Shown in pieces: positions 26,421 through 41,288 of a stretch of 64,000 nucleotides of DNA. The notes under the pieces were generated by a model. It ran no database searches, was not told the DNA's origin, and saw nothing but the letters and a program-made list of their open reading frames with translations. Origin of the DNA: Mytilus trossulus (taxonomy: Eukaryota); contig NC_086386.1 in the NCBI RefSeq assembly GCF_036588685.1, positions 60,698,001 through 60,762,000 on the forward strand, read 5' to 3'. The position numbers and the translations under genes are program-made. Position 1 is the first letter of the stretch. The number at the start of each line of letters is the position of its first letter.

Positions 26421-27688
26421 TCAATGGAACAAACGAAGCACACAAAAATCAAACAATTAAAGGGATACAATTCTAAATTGTCAGTTATCATTTCTGAGAG
26501 ATGGCCTCACAAATATTTTTGAATAACGATTTGAGTCATTGCTTATTATGAGCAAGATGCCCAGTGGTAGATAATTCATGCGCGTACAGTATAAGAGCCT
26601 GCACTTCTATACGTTATTGTTGTTTATTTCAATTTCTTTACGGTAGCCTTTTTAGCATTTCGGAATCCTTTCTAATACAAAAGGGAGTTTAATAATTCCA
26701 GTTTCCTTAGTTTTCATTATATACATCAACAATTTATTCCATAATCCTATATGTTTCATGTTTTATATTCAGTTTATTATTATCTCAAAGTTTTTAAATC
26801 CTATTACAACACGGAATTCAACATGAAAACAAAAAAAAACAGAATATAAACGACATGTTGCTCGACCAGGGGGACATAGATTCTCTATGTATACGAATCC
26901 TTCACCATTCATTTAACTCCGCCGCAATTTTGCTCCTGTCCCAAGTCAGGAGCCTCTGGCCTTTGTTAGTCTTTTATGATTTTTAATTTTAGTTTCTTGT
27001 GTATAATTCGGAATTTAGTATGACGTCCATCATCACTGTACTAGTATACATATTTTTAAGGGGCCAGCTGAAGGACACCTACGGGTGCGGGAGTTTCTTG
27101 CTACATTAAAGACCCATTGGTGGCCTTCGGCTGTTGTCTGCTCTTTGGTCGGGTTGTTGTCGCTTTGACACATTCCCCATTTCCTTTCTCAATTTTATCA
27201 ATGGAACAAACGAAGCACACAAAAATCAAACAATTAAAGGGATACAATTCTAAATTGTCAGTTATCATTTCTGAGAGATGGCCTCACAAATATTTTTGAA
27301 TAACGATTTGAGTCATTGCTTATTATGAGCAAGATGCCCAGTGGTAGATAATTCATGCGAGTACAGTATAAGAGCCTGCACTTCTATACGTTATTGTTGT
27401 TTATTTCAATTTCTTTACGGTAGCCTTTTTAGCATTTCGGAATCCTTTCTAATACAAAAGGGAGTTTAATAATTCCAGTTTCCTTAGTTTTCATTATATA
27501 CATCAACAATTTATTCCATAATCCTATATGTTTCATGTTTTATATTCAGTTTATTATTATCTCAAAGTTTTTAAATCCTATTACAACACGGAATTCAACA
27601 TGAAAACAAAAAAAAACAGAATATAAACGACATGTTGCTCGACCAGGGGGACATAGATTCTCTATGTATACGAATCCTTCACCATTCA
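26135..27688. repeat. Recent tandem duplication, 2 x 777 bp
   Basis: 26135-26911 matches 26912-27688; I found one mismatch (26583 C vs 27360 A). Confidence 0.92.
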
Positions 27689-27764
27689 CTGGAGCACAAC
27701 AAAATATATATGTATATTAAAGCATCTGAAACAATAATTAGTACCATTTACATGTTTTATTGTT

Positions 27765-30700
27765 TTACTTAGAACAGACTACACAGGTCAATGGATAATT
27801 GTTAATATACGGTGGACATTTCAAAGATCCACATTTTGTGAGGACATCAAAGAAAAGTTTACCGTAATGAAAATCCACGCCTCCCATAACATATTCTGGT
27901 TTGATGTCTACGCAAACATAAGCAGAAGCAACATTGTGACCATAATATCCCGATGCCAAGTATCCATGATATTCCAACGTCCATCCTCTATAGCAAGTAT
28001 TCTTACCGGGAATCATTATCACAGATGTGGCTTGATTCGTTCTACATAAGGCACACGGGACGTCCTCGCCATTAGCATTCGAAGCAAAAAAGTTGGAGTT
28101 AAATTCTGCACCGTACATATGACCATTATCTGCTCCACCACTAGTTTTTACATAATTTGGATCTGGTGGCAAACATACATATTCAGCAGCAGAGCCTGAC
28201 TCGCCATAATAGCCACCACCTGCAAAGCCTGTGGAAAAAATATGTACCCTATTTACAAAATAGCACATGCTTTGGACATATGTTTCTAAAGCTATTTTCT
28301 ATGAAACGCTCCCCATAAATGTCTGTGAACCTTGAAAAAACGTGTCCAGTCATTTATCAATGAGAGTTCGAAAATTGTAAACCAATTGACAAATACATAC
28401 CCTCATAGATAACATCGTATTAGTCGAACTATTCAAATTGAAGACGATTTGACCATAACACCAACTCTTAAAATTTGAGTCTTGAAATAGGAATTTTAAA
28501 ATACTGTTTTAGAACAAGCACAACAGGACTAACTTGGCAAAAACATACAATTAGTCACTAGAAATAATCAACAACAAATTGTCTCCACAATTTGGCTAGT
28601 AGAAAGTTAATATGGCAGTTGTTGTCCATTCGTTTTTGATGTTTTTTGTCATTTAAGTTCAGTATTTTTCTGATTTTACTTTTTAGATAACAAAATTACC
28701 GAACTCCGAGAAAAATTTAAAACGGAAAGTCATTTATCAAATGACAAAATAGAAAGCTTATACACACCAAACGAATGGATATAGTCAACAACAATGCATA
28801 ATTCAAGAGTCATATTTCATGTATTTGTAAACATTGTCTTTAATTTGTTAGGATTTGATTCAAACAAATATGATAACTTTCTAACCTGAGTAAACTAATT
28901 CTGTGTTATTATTTGGACACTGCTTTCGTCCCCATCTAATATAAGTTGTTCCAAAATCTGAAATATATATATATTGGCATACTTTATCTTTACAATATTG
29001 AAAGTTCTTTTAATGCCATATGGCAACAGTTTTGATACGTTTCATGCAAACGGCACAAAAAACACTGCAAACAAGGAAAGGAACTTGAACTTTAAACACA
29101 TGGAGATATCAAACAAAATTTGTTTGTATGAATGATGATTGCAGCTGCTATACGTTATCAATATTTTAAGGTAGATCGGGTGTCTTTTTTCGCCAGCCTT
29201 TTTGAAATATTTTAAGAATACTTTTAATTATACCAAGTAGTATTTAATATGAAATATAGATGTTTTAAATATGAAATATAAACATTATTAAATTTAATGA
29301 TTAAACTTTCAAAACATCTGGTGTCATTACGTGCATTATAAGTATATAGAAAACAATCCCTTTCAAATCATGGGCAGATAATTAAAACGATTTTAAAAGA
29401 ACAAAGTGCATCCATATACACACAACTGGGTTATTATGCTGTCTTTAGCTGTGGTATGGGCTTTGGTCATTTTAAAGGTCTTACGGTGACCTATAGCTAA
29501 TGTTGTTAAGTTGTTAAGTTGTGTGTCATTTGGTCTCGTTTGGTGAGATTTCTCGTCGAAAATCATAACACATCATCGTTTTTTTTTTTATTTCTACATC
29601 ATATTGATATTTTTTTTCTGTGTTTTACATTAAGAATTGTCTGATTATCAGTCGTTATACATCTCCTTTTTTATACAACTAGTTCAATCCTTACTTTAAA
29701 TTTCACCAGAAAAATTACAATTAAATGCATAAAATAATAAATACACTCATTACAGACACCAGGCTTTAACTTTTGTAGGTCAGATGAATTATTTGGTTTT
29801 AAACGACTCAGCAATGACAATCCAATCTATTAAATCTTAAACGGTAACAAAATGTACAAAGTCGGAGGGCATTGATAATCCAGAATGTCGAAAGAGTTTG
29901 CCAAATACAGTTAAGGGAATATGTCTCTTTTGTAGAAAAGCATTATAAATTCGAAAAATAAAACTTTTGTGAAGAGTTTATTTAGAGTAAAGACCAATTC
30001 TATGATAATGCAAGAGGACACAGTTGTGCGAAATACTAGGCTGGTATCACCCTCGGGAAGGAAACCTTAACTAGCATTTGTATAGATAAATTATTTACAT
30101 ATAAACTCATCATATATACCTGGCTAAAATTGTGTTCGCCAGACGCGTGGTTTGTCTACAAAAGACTCGGAGAACTCAAACATTGTCAAAGTTCCGAAAA
30201 CTTGCTAAATAAAGCTAAGGTAATCTATTCAAGAATCTTTTAAAAAAAATAGATGGTAATCAGGATGCTAGCAATGACAAGACATTAACTTCTTGCTTCA
30301 AAATTTTGATATTGAATTTAACGAGAAAATAAAATCATTTACAGAATTGAATTAAAATTATATAGAGAAAGGTGGCAGATAATCTCAACATAGATACCAG
30401 GATTGCAATTGTGTATGCACGGCGAACTCGTGAATACATGTTCCAAAGGCTTTTGTTCAATTCAGGTAAGGTCTAAAAAATCCCTATTATGGATGAAATG
30501 TTTATGAGCTGAAGATGAACCTAGATAAACACACACATGATGAGTTCACTGTCGAAATAATCAATTACTAGAAATATCAGTCAATTTGAAAAAATCACCT
30601 TCAAATGTATATAATGTTGGTTCAGTTTATATGAGCCTTCTCTGTCTACATTTCAATATTTGCTCCCTAAAAGACTGATGCAATATTGTGTAAAGACCTA

Positions 30701-31353
30701 AAAATATTTTTCATGCCAAATTTGAATTATTAAACTATAATCTGTTTGCTAACACAATACAGTCAGATAGTGTTATTTACAAACATAAATCCAGTGTTAG
30801 ATAATCAAACATATATCATTATTAGTCAATACAGTTATTGTGTTTTACATGATTAAATTGATGAGTTTTGATTTAAGAACTTATGTAAATCAGGGTACAA
30901 ATTTATTCTATATTTAAACTCCAACTGAAACTCCAACTTTGACATTTTCACATTTCATTCTTTTTATAATCATGTGTGTGTGTGAGTATTCTGGAGGGGT
31001 CAATATAAAAACAGAACGATGGACAAATCTAGTATCTTACAAAGAGTAAATAAGAAACAACATATGTTACTAAGTAATCAAGTCTTACGTTGATAGTTTC
31101 TAATAGTATCCTGTAACTGTCTTATTGTATGTTCCTGTTGCTGGTTTGAAATTTGCTGTTGCTGAATAGTTATTGACTGTTGTTTGTTCTCAGTTGATAG
31201 CTGCTGCACTGTACTATTAAGTACCGCCAGGACACTTTCAAGTCGATTCAATCGATTAACAAGTACATCTGGGTCATTTAGCAGTAACCTTTTTTCTTCT
31301 GTGGTGACCAGATAAACCTTAAAACAAAGAAAATATATTAACCACACCATCAT
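27765..31353 (-). CDS. Paralog D, intact: secreted coiled-coil + short-chain collagen C4-like domain protein, 266 aa. join(31089-31353, 28886-28957, 27765-28228)
   Basis: MMVWLIYFLCFKVYLVTTEEKR...; exons 265+72+464 nt in frame with GT-AG sites; ends CGSLKCPPYINNYPLTCVVCSK*; AATAAA just after the stop. Confidence 0.9.
29750..30420 (-). repeat. Degenerate tandem retrozyme units with inactivated hammerhead cores
   Basis: HHR-like remnants at about 29777-29820 and 30136-30170, ~360 nt apart; flanks resemble 14100-14275. Confidence 0.55.
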
Positions 31354-33505
31354 ACTTTAATATCTCTCTTATGCTATGACGAAACGATTTGACACATATT
31401 TGGTCTTATCAATCTGGTTAAATGATAAGGTCGGAAAGGGTATCAAAAGTTGTGCATACATACATGTATGGCAAGCGGTGTATAAGTGTTTGAAAATAAC
31501 AATGTGTATATGACTAATTTTTAAAAAGATAACTTGTATTGGACTTACGCCTTCATTGTGTGTAAACGGCTGTAATATGTGTAGACAAACGTCAGTTGGT
31601 TTATTTGTAAATTAAAGAAAAGAATTGCAAGCCTAAATATATATCAACGGAGCTTAACAATTTAAAATCGATCATTCAACCACCGTCCCGTCAAAAAAAT
31701 ACATTTTAGGTGTTTTTTTACATGTTGCCGTTTAAACAGATTTAGAGCGCGGCTTTATGAAATATTTCCGTCATACCCTAACTTTTCAGTGTTTATGTTG
31801 TTCCGTTTTGTTTCCTCAAAAAGGTTATGTGTTTCCCAAACTTTTTTGGTTTGTGACGCGGATGTGATTCAATTGAATCGATTTATAGTTATTGAACAGC
31901 GGTATTCTACTATTGCCTTTTTTATACCCTAAGTTTGTGTGACTGTCCAAATGCCTGATGCATAATGTTAAGACAGTGCGACAGTAACCACATATCTACA
32001 TAACCTAGTTACCATTAAACTATAAGTGAATTCATGAATATGCAAAGCATGATACTGATTTCAGTGCTGAAAAATCGTACCTCGTATTATCGAAATATAG
32101 CATACCTATGTTTACTAAAACAAAACGTTCTGAACATAAAATGCATAGAATCGTTAAACAAAATCAATTCCTTTATGAATCTCACTTGAAAAGTACAAAA
32201 TCAGGTGCGATAATTGTGTTGAATACTTTGTACACATAAAACATTATGTAGCCAAAAGACCAGCTGTTCAACTGTAACATATGCAAGGAAAGTTCCGTAA
32301 AGTCGATAACTAAACCAGCACGATAAGATTCCTTTCAGCAACAAATTGATGTCTATAAATCAACTGTTTACTTAACTTTTGCTTATTCGAAATATTATCG
32401 GATTGAAGCAATGAAAAAAAGAGGGTCTCTATTTGTGAATTGTCATTGATTTGAGCAACATTATAGCAGCAACTGAATATGATGTGCATACCTCCAAATT
32501 GATCTAAAATTCAAGAACTTGCGTGTTTTATCAAGATTTACTCAAAAAGGGGTTGCTGATTACAATGAAGCTTTTGCACAACGGGTTCCTATTGCTCAGC
32601 TTAAGTCTTATCTTAATTTTTTTAAAGCAATAACATGGAACAATCAAAAAAACATAAAAAGAAATTGCATGAGATCGCTATCTAATTTTATGTTCAATTT
32701 TCTATCGGGCTATCTTACAGTTGGTAGTATTTGTTATGTCATCTTTATGTCTAATTAGACGATGTTTTGACAAAAATGCACACGAAATGCTGTTACAAAT
32801 TATCGAATCCATGCTTTGTTAATTGTTCATTTTAGACTTTTTGTATTTCATATATCAAACATGAGTCGCATCGGTGAAAATGACTTTCACAGTTTTTGAC
32901 CCTTTAATACAGTGAAGACCCTTCTTTCAATTGAATACAACAAAAGAGCGGAACATTTGCTTTACATTTCAAACTTTTAATGACTCCCTGCATAATTAAA
33001 TCGACATATTTACCTCGAATCTTTACTCTTCTTTAAAGTTGTTGTTTATTTGAATTACAACCGTTTCTTAGTATTTGAGAAGTATCAGACATACTTTTTT
33101 CCTTGTTCGTATTTATTTAATATGTTTATATGTATGCTACTTTCGAAATCATTTTTCACCCCCCTTTGGAATCCTATTTAAAAAAAATAATCTTTCTATA
33201 GATCAACATGCAACATGGGTGGACCCAGTCATTTTCAAAAGTGGGATTCCAAACCCAGGATAAAAGATGGGGTTTCCACCATATGTCCCAATCCAAATGC
33301 ATTGACGTAAAAAAAATAAAGGTTTTCCACGCCCGGAACACTACCCTGGATCTGCCATTGAACAACTAAATATTGGGGAAAAACTGAATAAGAATGATAT
33401 AGTGTTCGTCCGTAGGAACAGAAGTTTCGTCGACTATAGCCATTAACTCGATCAACAATTCATGCATAAGGAAATTTGAACCAATATTTGAAATCTTTTA
33501 TTTCA

Positions 33506-33844
33506 TTACGTAGAACAGACTACACATGTCAATGGATAGTTGTTAATGTACGGTGGACATTTCAGAGATCCACATCTGGTATCCATGATATTCAACCTTC
33601 CAACCACTGTAACAAGTTTTTTTTCCAGGAATCATTTTAACAGATGTAGCCCGATCAGTTATACATAGAGCACAAGGGACGTCCTCAGCATCGGAATTGG
33701 AGGCATAGAAGTTCGTGTAAAATTCAGCACCGTTCATACGACCCCCGTCTGGCCTTCTAGTCTTTTCATAATTGGGATCTGGTGGTAAACATACATATTC
33801 AGCAGCCGAGCCTGTTTCTCTATAATAGCCGCAACCTGCATAGC
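33506..33844 (-). pseudogene. Orphan duplicated exon 3 (E') with a 122-nt internal deletion
   Basis: AG acceptor, then YAGCGYYRETGSAAEYVCLPPDP...EYHGY fused out of frame to RCGSLKCPPY...CVVCST*; part of a ~0.9-kb local duplication with 34870-35810. Confidence 0.85.
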
Positions 33845-35915
33845 CTGTGATAAAACTAAACATAATGTAAAAGTATTCAAAGTAACACGAAGATGTACAC
33901 ATAAATATCTAAAGCTTGTTTTTTGTGTCCTTTTCCTTAATATTGTTCGTAACACAAATATACTTTCACGTATTATTTCAAGAATATCCAAGATGATCAT
34001 TCCCAAACTAGGTATTTCAGACATATCTTTGAAATGATTCATTAATATTTTCGTTTAGAGTTTTCTTCGGCGTTTATTTTTTTTTTTACTTTTTTACTTT
34101 TATATTTTACTTAGCGTATCGAAAAACAGTTTGAATGCATAAAGCATTCTAAAACTTGTGGCGTACTAAATGATAAGCCTCGTACCTTTGATAACTATAT
34201 AAACCACTTGGTCGATGCAACTGCTGGTGGACGTTCTGTTTTTCGAAAAACCAAAGATTTTCTTATCCCAAGACTATCTTACCGTTTTGTAATGTTTCGT
34301 GGCATTTTATTCCTGTAAGACCCAAACATGCAGTTAAAAGAAAAAAATATATACTTTATGTTCTGTTCGTGTATCTAACTTTGGTTTGGTAAATTATAAA
34401 TTACTTATTTAAATATCAGGTAAAAAAAACTCGCATTAATTGCTTGGACAAATGAAATATCAACTTGGACAAAATGGCTACCGCTTGAAAAACGACTGTG
34501 TAGAGATGGTTTTATAGAATCTACAAGTTTTGAACTCTCGAACAATGAGGCAAATGTTTGTTCTTTCGGTATATGTTATAATTATCTCACATTTTTTAGA
34601 TATGTTTAGCTATGTCTACTTATAAAACTACCGTTCAGCCGTTAAGTCAACGACAAACGTCATTTGACATTTTTCTTATTCCAGCTTAATATGTAGCCAC
34701 CTAGTCAAACGAAATTCGACTAAAGAACGGCTTAAATTTAACCAAGAACTGACAAACTTCGTTGTTTCTGTCAAGTTTCGGGAGATGAGAGAAAAAGAAA
34801 TAGGATCACTATACATAAGAGATAAAACAGTTGTTCAAAAATGTAACGTTGAACATCCGATTTTTTCACAAGTTTCGTCAACTATAGCCATTAACTTGAT
34901 CAAAAGTATATGTATAAGGAATTCTGAACCAATATTTGATATCTTTTATTTTATTACTTAGAACAGACTACACATGTCAATGGATAATTGTTAATGTACG
35001 GTGGACATTTTAGAGATCCACATCTGGTAAGAACTGGATAAAAAAGTTTTCCGTAATGCCGATCCACGCCTCCTATAATATATTCTGGGTTTATGTCAAC
35101 ACAAACGTAAGCAGAAGCAACATTATGAGTATGATCTCCTGAGGCCAAGTATCCATGATATTACACCTTCCAACCACTGTAACAAGTATTTTTACCGGGA
35201 AACATTATCACAGATGCATGAATTGTTCTACAAAGAACACTAGGGACGTCCACATCATCGAACTGGATGCATAGAAGTTCGTGTAAAATTCTGCACCGTA
35301 CATACGACCCCCGTCTGGTCCACTGGTCTTTTCATAACTTGGATCTGGTGGTTAACATGCATATTCAGCAGCCGAGCCTGTTCCCCCATTATGGCGCCAC
35401 CTGCATAGCCTGTGATAAAAATAAACATAATGTTTTCAAAATTACACGAAAACGTAAACATCAAAATCTAAAGCATGTTTTCTGTGTCCTTTTCCCTAAT
35501 ATTGTTCTGACATAACTATACTCTCTCGTGCTATTTCAAGAATATACAAAATGATATTTCCCAAACAAGGTATTTCAGACATATCTTTGGAATGATTCAT
35601 TAATATTTTCGTTTTGAATTTTCTTCGGCGTTCAGTATTTTTGTGATTTTACTTTTTTACTTTCTTAAATTTAACTTAGCGTATCGAAAAACAATTTCAA
35701 TGCATAAAGCATTCTAAAACTTGTGGTGAACTAAATTATATAAACCACTGGGTCGATGCCACTGCCGATCGACGTTCTGTTTTTCGAAAAACTAAGGATT
35801 TTCTTATCCAAGGAATAGGTTACCTTAGCCGTATTTGGCACAATCTTTTGAAATTTTGGTTCCTAAATGCTTTTTAACTTCGAAATTGTATGGCTTTATA
35901 AATATTTTGACATGA

Positions 35916-35959
35916 GCGTCACTGATGAGTCTTATGTAGACGAAACGCGCGTCTGGTGT
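35916..35959 (+). ncRNA. Minimal type-I hammerhead ribozyme (family 1) in a retrozyme array (about 35720-36015, resuming 37620-37790)
   Basis: GCGUCA-CUGAUGA-GUCU(UAUGU)AGAC-GAAA-C(GCGC)G-UC-UGGUGU. Confidence 0.88.
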
Positions 35960-36015
35960 ACTAAATTATAATCCCGGTACTTTTGATAACTATATACACC
36001 ACTGGGTGGATTCCA

Positions 36016-37619
36016 AAGTTGATGAACCAGGGGTATGTCAAAGAACGTCTCGTCCTTTTTCTAAAAAAGTTCATCGGAAGGTACCAAGACCTTGTTGATA
36101 AATATTCCGTATCAACTTCTCAAATAATACACGATGGTCTTGATGTATAGATTCTGCGTACTGATGTTGTGTATCATCTTAACAACATGTTTTATTGTTC
36201 TTTTATTTGTTTTTGTTCTATTATTAAGATTACTTTTACTGTTGAATGGTTTTATGTGATATCCGTTTGACGTGGCTCGGTACTTATACATCTCTTCAAT
36301 GTGTTTGTATTGGCTTTCATTTTTTGGTGATTTGTTTTGTATATGTTACTCTTTGTATTTCTTTTGTGCTTATAACGTGACTCTGTACTTTAAAAGATCC
36401 CGTCAGTATGATATTTGTCTATAATATGTCATTATGATATATTTCTATTATGAATTACTTTATACGTTGAACCACAAACGTCAAAATCAATCAATGGCGT
36501 AGTGGAATTGACAATTTTTGGATTCTCATAAATTCTATGTATAACTTTTGAACTAGTTTGAATCTCGGTCTATTTCTGTAATTTATTCTTACATACTTTT
36601 GATTTTTTAACTCTGTATGCGTACATTGCCTAGGAAAAAAAAATTAAAAAAATTTAAAATTGTTTGTATGCACATTGAACATCAAATTTATGTGACGTAT
36701 ATAATTTTTCTAACGTCAGACACTCAAATCAATCCATGTGTTCTTAGACAGTAGATGTTATTGTGTCCTGTTAAATTGTTCCCTTTAAAAAGTTTTGGAT
36801 TCTCATATATTCTATGTATAATTTTTGGACTAGTTTGAATCTCGGTCTATTTCTGTAATTTATTCTTACATACTTTTGATTTTTTAACCCTGTATGCGTA
36901 CATTGCCTATGTAAATTTTAAAATTGTTTGTATGCACATTGAACGACAAATTTATGTGACGTATATAATTTTTCTGACGTCGGACACTCAAGTAGATCCA
37001 TGTGTTCGTGGATAGGTTTTTGTGTCCTGTTAAATTGTTCCTTTTAAAAGTTTTGGATTCTCATAAATTCTATGTATAACTTTTGGACTAGTTTGATTTC
37101 TGTAATTTATTCTTACATACTTTTGATTTTTTAACCCTGTCTGCGCTCATTGCCTATGTAAAATTTAAAATTGTTTATAATCCAGGTACTTTGGATAACT
37201 ATTGTATGCACATTGAACGACAAATTTATGTGACGTATATAATTTTTCTGACGTCAGACACTCAAATCAATCCATGTGTTCGTAGATAGTAGATGTTGTT
37301 GTGTCCTGTTAAATTGTTATACGATGATGACTGATGTTCCCATATTTTGACTATTTTATTGATTGTGACTGTTTATTTAACGCATCATGTAAATGTAACG
37401 GAATTTGATGAGACTGTTATTAAAGTGAGAGGGTTAGCGCTATAGAACCAGGTTTAATCCACCATTTTCTACATTTGAAAATGCCTGTACCAAGTCAGGA
37501 ATATGACAGTTCTTGTCCATTCGTTTTTGATGCGTTTTGTTTTTTGATTTTGCCATGTGATTATGGACTTTCCAAATTGATTTTCCTCTGAGTTCAGTAT
37601 TTTTGTGATTTTACTTTTT
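36016..37619 (+). mobile_element. 5'-truncated Penelope-like family 2 element inserted in the retrozyme array; internal ~270-bp tandem repeats at about 36515-37320
   Basis: KLMNQGYVKERLVLFLKKFIGRYQDLVDKYSVSTSQIIHDGLDV* (36016-36150), then a long UTR; TTCCA on both sides. Confidence 0.72.
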
Positions 37620-40600
37620 TTCCACTGCTAGTGGACGTTTCGTCCCCGATGGTATCACCTGCCAAGTAGTCAGTACTTCGGTGTTGACATAAATATCAAT
37701 GTTGTGGTCATTTTTATAATTTTCCTGTTTACAAAACTTTGAATTTTTCAAAAAATTAAGGATTTTCTTATCCCAGGAAAAGATAAACTTAGTTATAAAA
37801 GTCTCTAGAAAGTGTATAACTGTTTTACATTGTACATTGAATTACTGTAAAAAAAAAAACACTAATAAAAATACATGTATACGTGCACTTTGATTAGGTC
37901 GATTTTTTTCGACGCGACTAGCATACATCAAAATTTATTTCGGATGGGGTTATTATAGGAGTAAATAATGTCCCAAAATAAAAAAACTAGAGAAAAATAT
38001 GCAACGATCAGTATCTGTGTATTAGGGAATGTTGAAATAATGAGACTGTGAAAATAAGTTATACAGAAACGCAGATCACCAAATCATACCATTATACACA
38101 GGATATTCGTTCTTCCCCATCGAATATGCCAAGACCTGATACATATTATGTTTTACGTTTTTATTTTAAATATAACAAAATTGAGATTCATGGCAAGGAG
38201 GGTCATATCTCAGTTTCTGAACAAGTCGGTGGTCTCCAATAGGATTTAATGGCAGAAGTAATGTTAAAGATCACGTGGATGTAACCTAATAATGTGCATG
38301 AAATGAAATCGCACATCAGTACTGTTAATGCCAATGTAAAAACGCTTTAAGACGTTTATTCTACCTTGGAGTTAGTTTAAGAGAGAACTGGACACGAGCA
38401 ATTGAAGCTAACATTAGCAAAATACTAGTGCGTGGTTAATTCAACATTTAGAGTATTTTTACATTAAGTTTAATCCATAGCGGCGTTCGGTCACAAGTTG
38501 TCTTATTTTTTATATTCAAATACGGCGATTTGTTATACTTTTTAATACATTGGCTGATGACTTTTTTTTATGAAATTAATGTAGAAAATGTAAGGAACTA
38601 TATGTTTTTGCTATGCATTCACAATTTGTTTTGATCCGACGTAATCGACTTCTTGACAACGCCCATTGTTGTATGACGTCAGAGAGTGAAATTACCACGT
38701 TTATTTCACATGTGAAATTATCGGTTTTTTTTAATTGGGAAATCAATGTAATTTATTGCAACCAATGTAATAAAAGAAAAATATCTATGTAGATGTGTGC
38801 ATTTATTTTAATTATTCAGTATTTACGAATCAGGCTAAGTGACAAATTGATCATTTAACGACTAGTCAAGCAAACGTGAGAAAATATAAATTGTATTATA
38901 ACAATAAATAATCTTACGTTGAGAATTGTTGGTAGCATTTCGCAACTGCTTAATTGTATGTTCCTGTTGATTGATTGATGTCTGCTGTTGTTGAATCGTT
39001 AAGGATTGTTGCTGCACTGTACTGACTTTTAAGTCGATTCAATCGATTCACTAGTACATCCGGATCATTGAACAATAACCTCTTTTCTTCAGTGAGGACT
39101 GTGTGTACCTTAAAAGAAAGAAAATAAATGAACCAAACAATTATTTCGAATATCTGTGACGGAACAAAAGTCACACGACTTAAATTCCTTATCGTATAGG
39201 CTCAAAAGGTTAGGAAAGGTCTAACGTTTATATGACATGGAAAACGGCACGATTCATCATGTCGATGTGTATATGACTTTTTATAAGTGCCCACATGACA
39301 GTTTCAACCTACCTAAAATTTATGTTGAATTGCGTAAAGAAGTAAAAAAAAATGCAAAGTTTGATAAACAGATTATCTTCCTATCTGCATGAATAGCAAA
39401 AATGTAACATGGTTAATGTTGTTTGAATAAAACATGTTTCTGCTGTTGTTTTTTTCTATGGTCGGGTTGTTGTCTCTTTGACACATTCCCCATTTCCATT
39501 CTCAATTTTATTGTCAAATCATATTCTTTGGCTTTTATATCACAAGTTATACAAGACACAGTAGACCTCAAGTACTGTGGAGAAAGCTACCTTTAGCAAA
39601 GTCGATATTTTGTATGGAAAACCCCAAAAATTAATCTCACAAAAAATGTCAGATACATATTGCTTAAACAAATCACCTCACATATAGTACCATCATAACA
39701 TATTCATAGAAGGTACACAATAGCATTATCATGAAACATAATTATAATAAAAAAAAAACCATGCCGGTCGAGGTTTTGAATGAGAAACCAGAAATATCAC
39801 TCATATCAAAAGGTAAAGCAGAAAGTGCACAATGGCATTAAGAATTTGAGAACAGTTTGTTTGAAAACTATTCACTAGCTCGAGAGGATAGCGAGTTTTA
39901 GCGTCAATAATCATTATATGAAAGAGAACATTCAATGTTTTGCATGCGAAACCCCAGGAATCATTCTGGTCAAAAGTGAAATAGGACGTTCACAACAGCA
40001 TAACGTCAAGACGAATCATTATGTTAAAGTCTGATTGGAATCCATTCACTTGATAAGGATAAATTGTGGATGGGGTGTAAGAATAGTAATATGAATCGAT
40101 TTGGGTTCTTGTGAGCCTCTAGTAAACCTAGCTATCCCAATCAATTTATACATCACGATGGTAACTTCCTGATATTCCTACATTTCATAAATTCATATTC
40201 CTTCTATTCTACAAACAAAGAACAATAGATGTATCAGATGATTTGTTGTTTTAGCAATTTAGATTTGATTGAAATACAGGTAAGTACAGGTAATCTGGAA
40301 ATGATTATTTCAATGAATATTTCTTTAAAAAAGGTTTTTAAAAGGTAATAAACCCTAAATATGACTTTTATGTTAATTTTTTATAAATATCTTGTTGGGG
40401 ATATTATATTTGCCGGTAAACTCTATTTATTTTGACTATGCTCTAATTAAATGGTGTTGATGCTAGAATAAATGCTACAAAATTATAAAGTTGTGAAAAG
40501 AGAGAAAAAAAAAAGAAAAAAAGTCTGTATGTTAATTTGGATTTTTTTAACCCATCCATACAACTCGCCGATATTTCTTTACTCAATTGAAACCTAGAGG

Positions 40601-41288
40601 AAAGAGTTGTTGTGTAAAATTTACAGAGGGGCTTGACATTGATATCCCTGCCCTACTTCGTACACCATCACATATATCTACGTTAACATTACTACATCCA
40701 TAGGCCATTCAAACTTCCTTTGCCTTACAAGAACGGCCAGACACTCTAGCCTTGCATTCTGACCACAACTACTAGTAATTATTATTCGAAAGGTCCCGTT
40801 TGTCGAAAATCGATTCAGGACCAATTCCTATTGTAGTGCTTAAATGTTTTTGGTCCATAAATAGTGTTTACATTATTGTGCTTCTTACTTTTGTTCATGA
40901 ACATGATACAATGAATAAATGCAACAATGCAGAATTCTGTATGTATTGTCTATCAGTTATAAAAGAAGAAACAAACACAAATTTACAGTTAAAAAAAAAG
41001 ACAAAAATGCATATTTCTTTTGATAATTTACAACAATTTATATTGTTATAACACTGAAATTGTTCATAAATTGAAAACTAAAAGGATATTTCCTTTACAT
41101 GTATTCTGAAGTAAATTAGCTTCATGTTTTAACAACTTAATCCGTCTTAATCCCTTTTTCTACAGACATTCCTCCTATTCCTATATGGATTTATACATTT
41201 TACATACCAGATTATCAAATGTAGGAATAGCAGGAATAGCCTCTCACGATTCACCACGATAGACCAATAACACATAAAAAGGTGTGTC

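Larger units (their letters stand above)
34954..39144 (-). pseudogene. Paralog E, heavily degraded. Exon remnants 38918-39144, 38090-38135, 34954-35409
   Basis: Start ATG>ATA; 17-nt frameshifting deletion in exon 1; exon 2 reduced to 46 nt (IRWGR still visible, AG/GT kept); exon 3 has frameshifts and a TAA in C-L-P-P. Confidence 0.85.

Noticed and set aside
36515-37320. CRISPR-like or other prokaryotic array/defence system
   Set aside because: Repeats are long tandem units without unique spacers; there are no cas genes or operons, and the window is spliced eukaryotic DNA.
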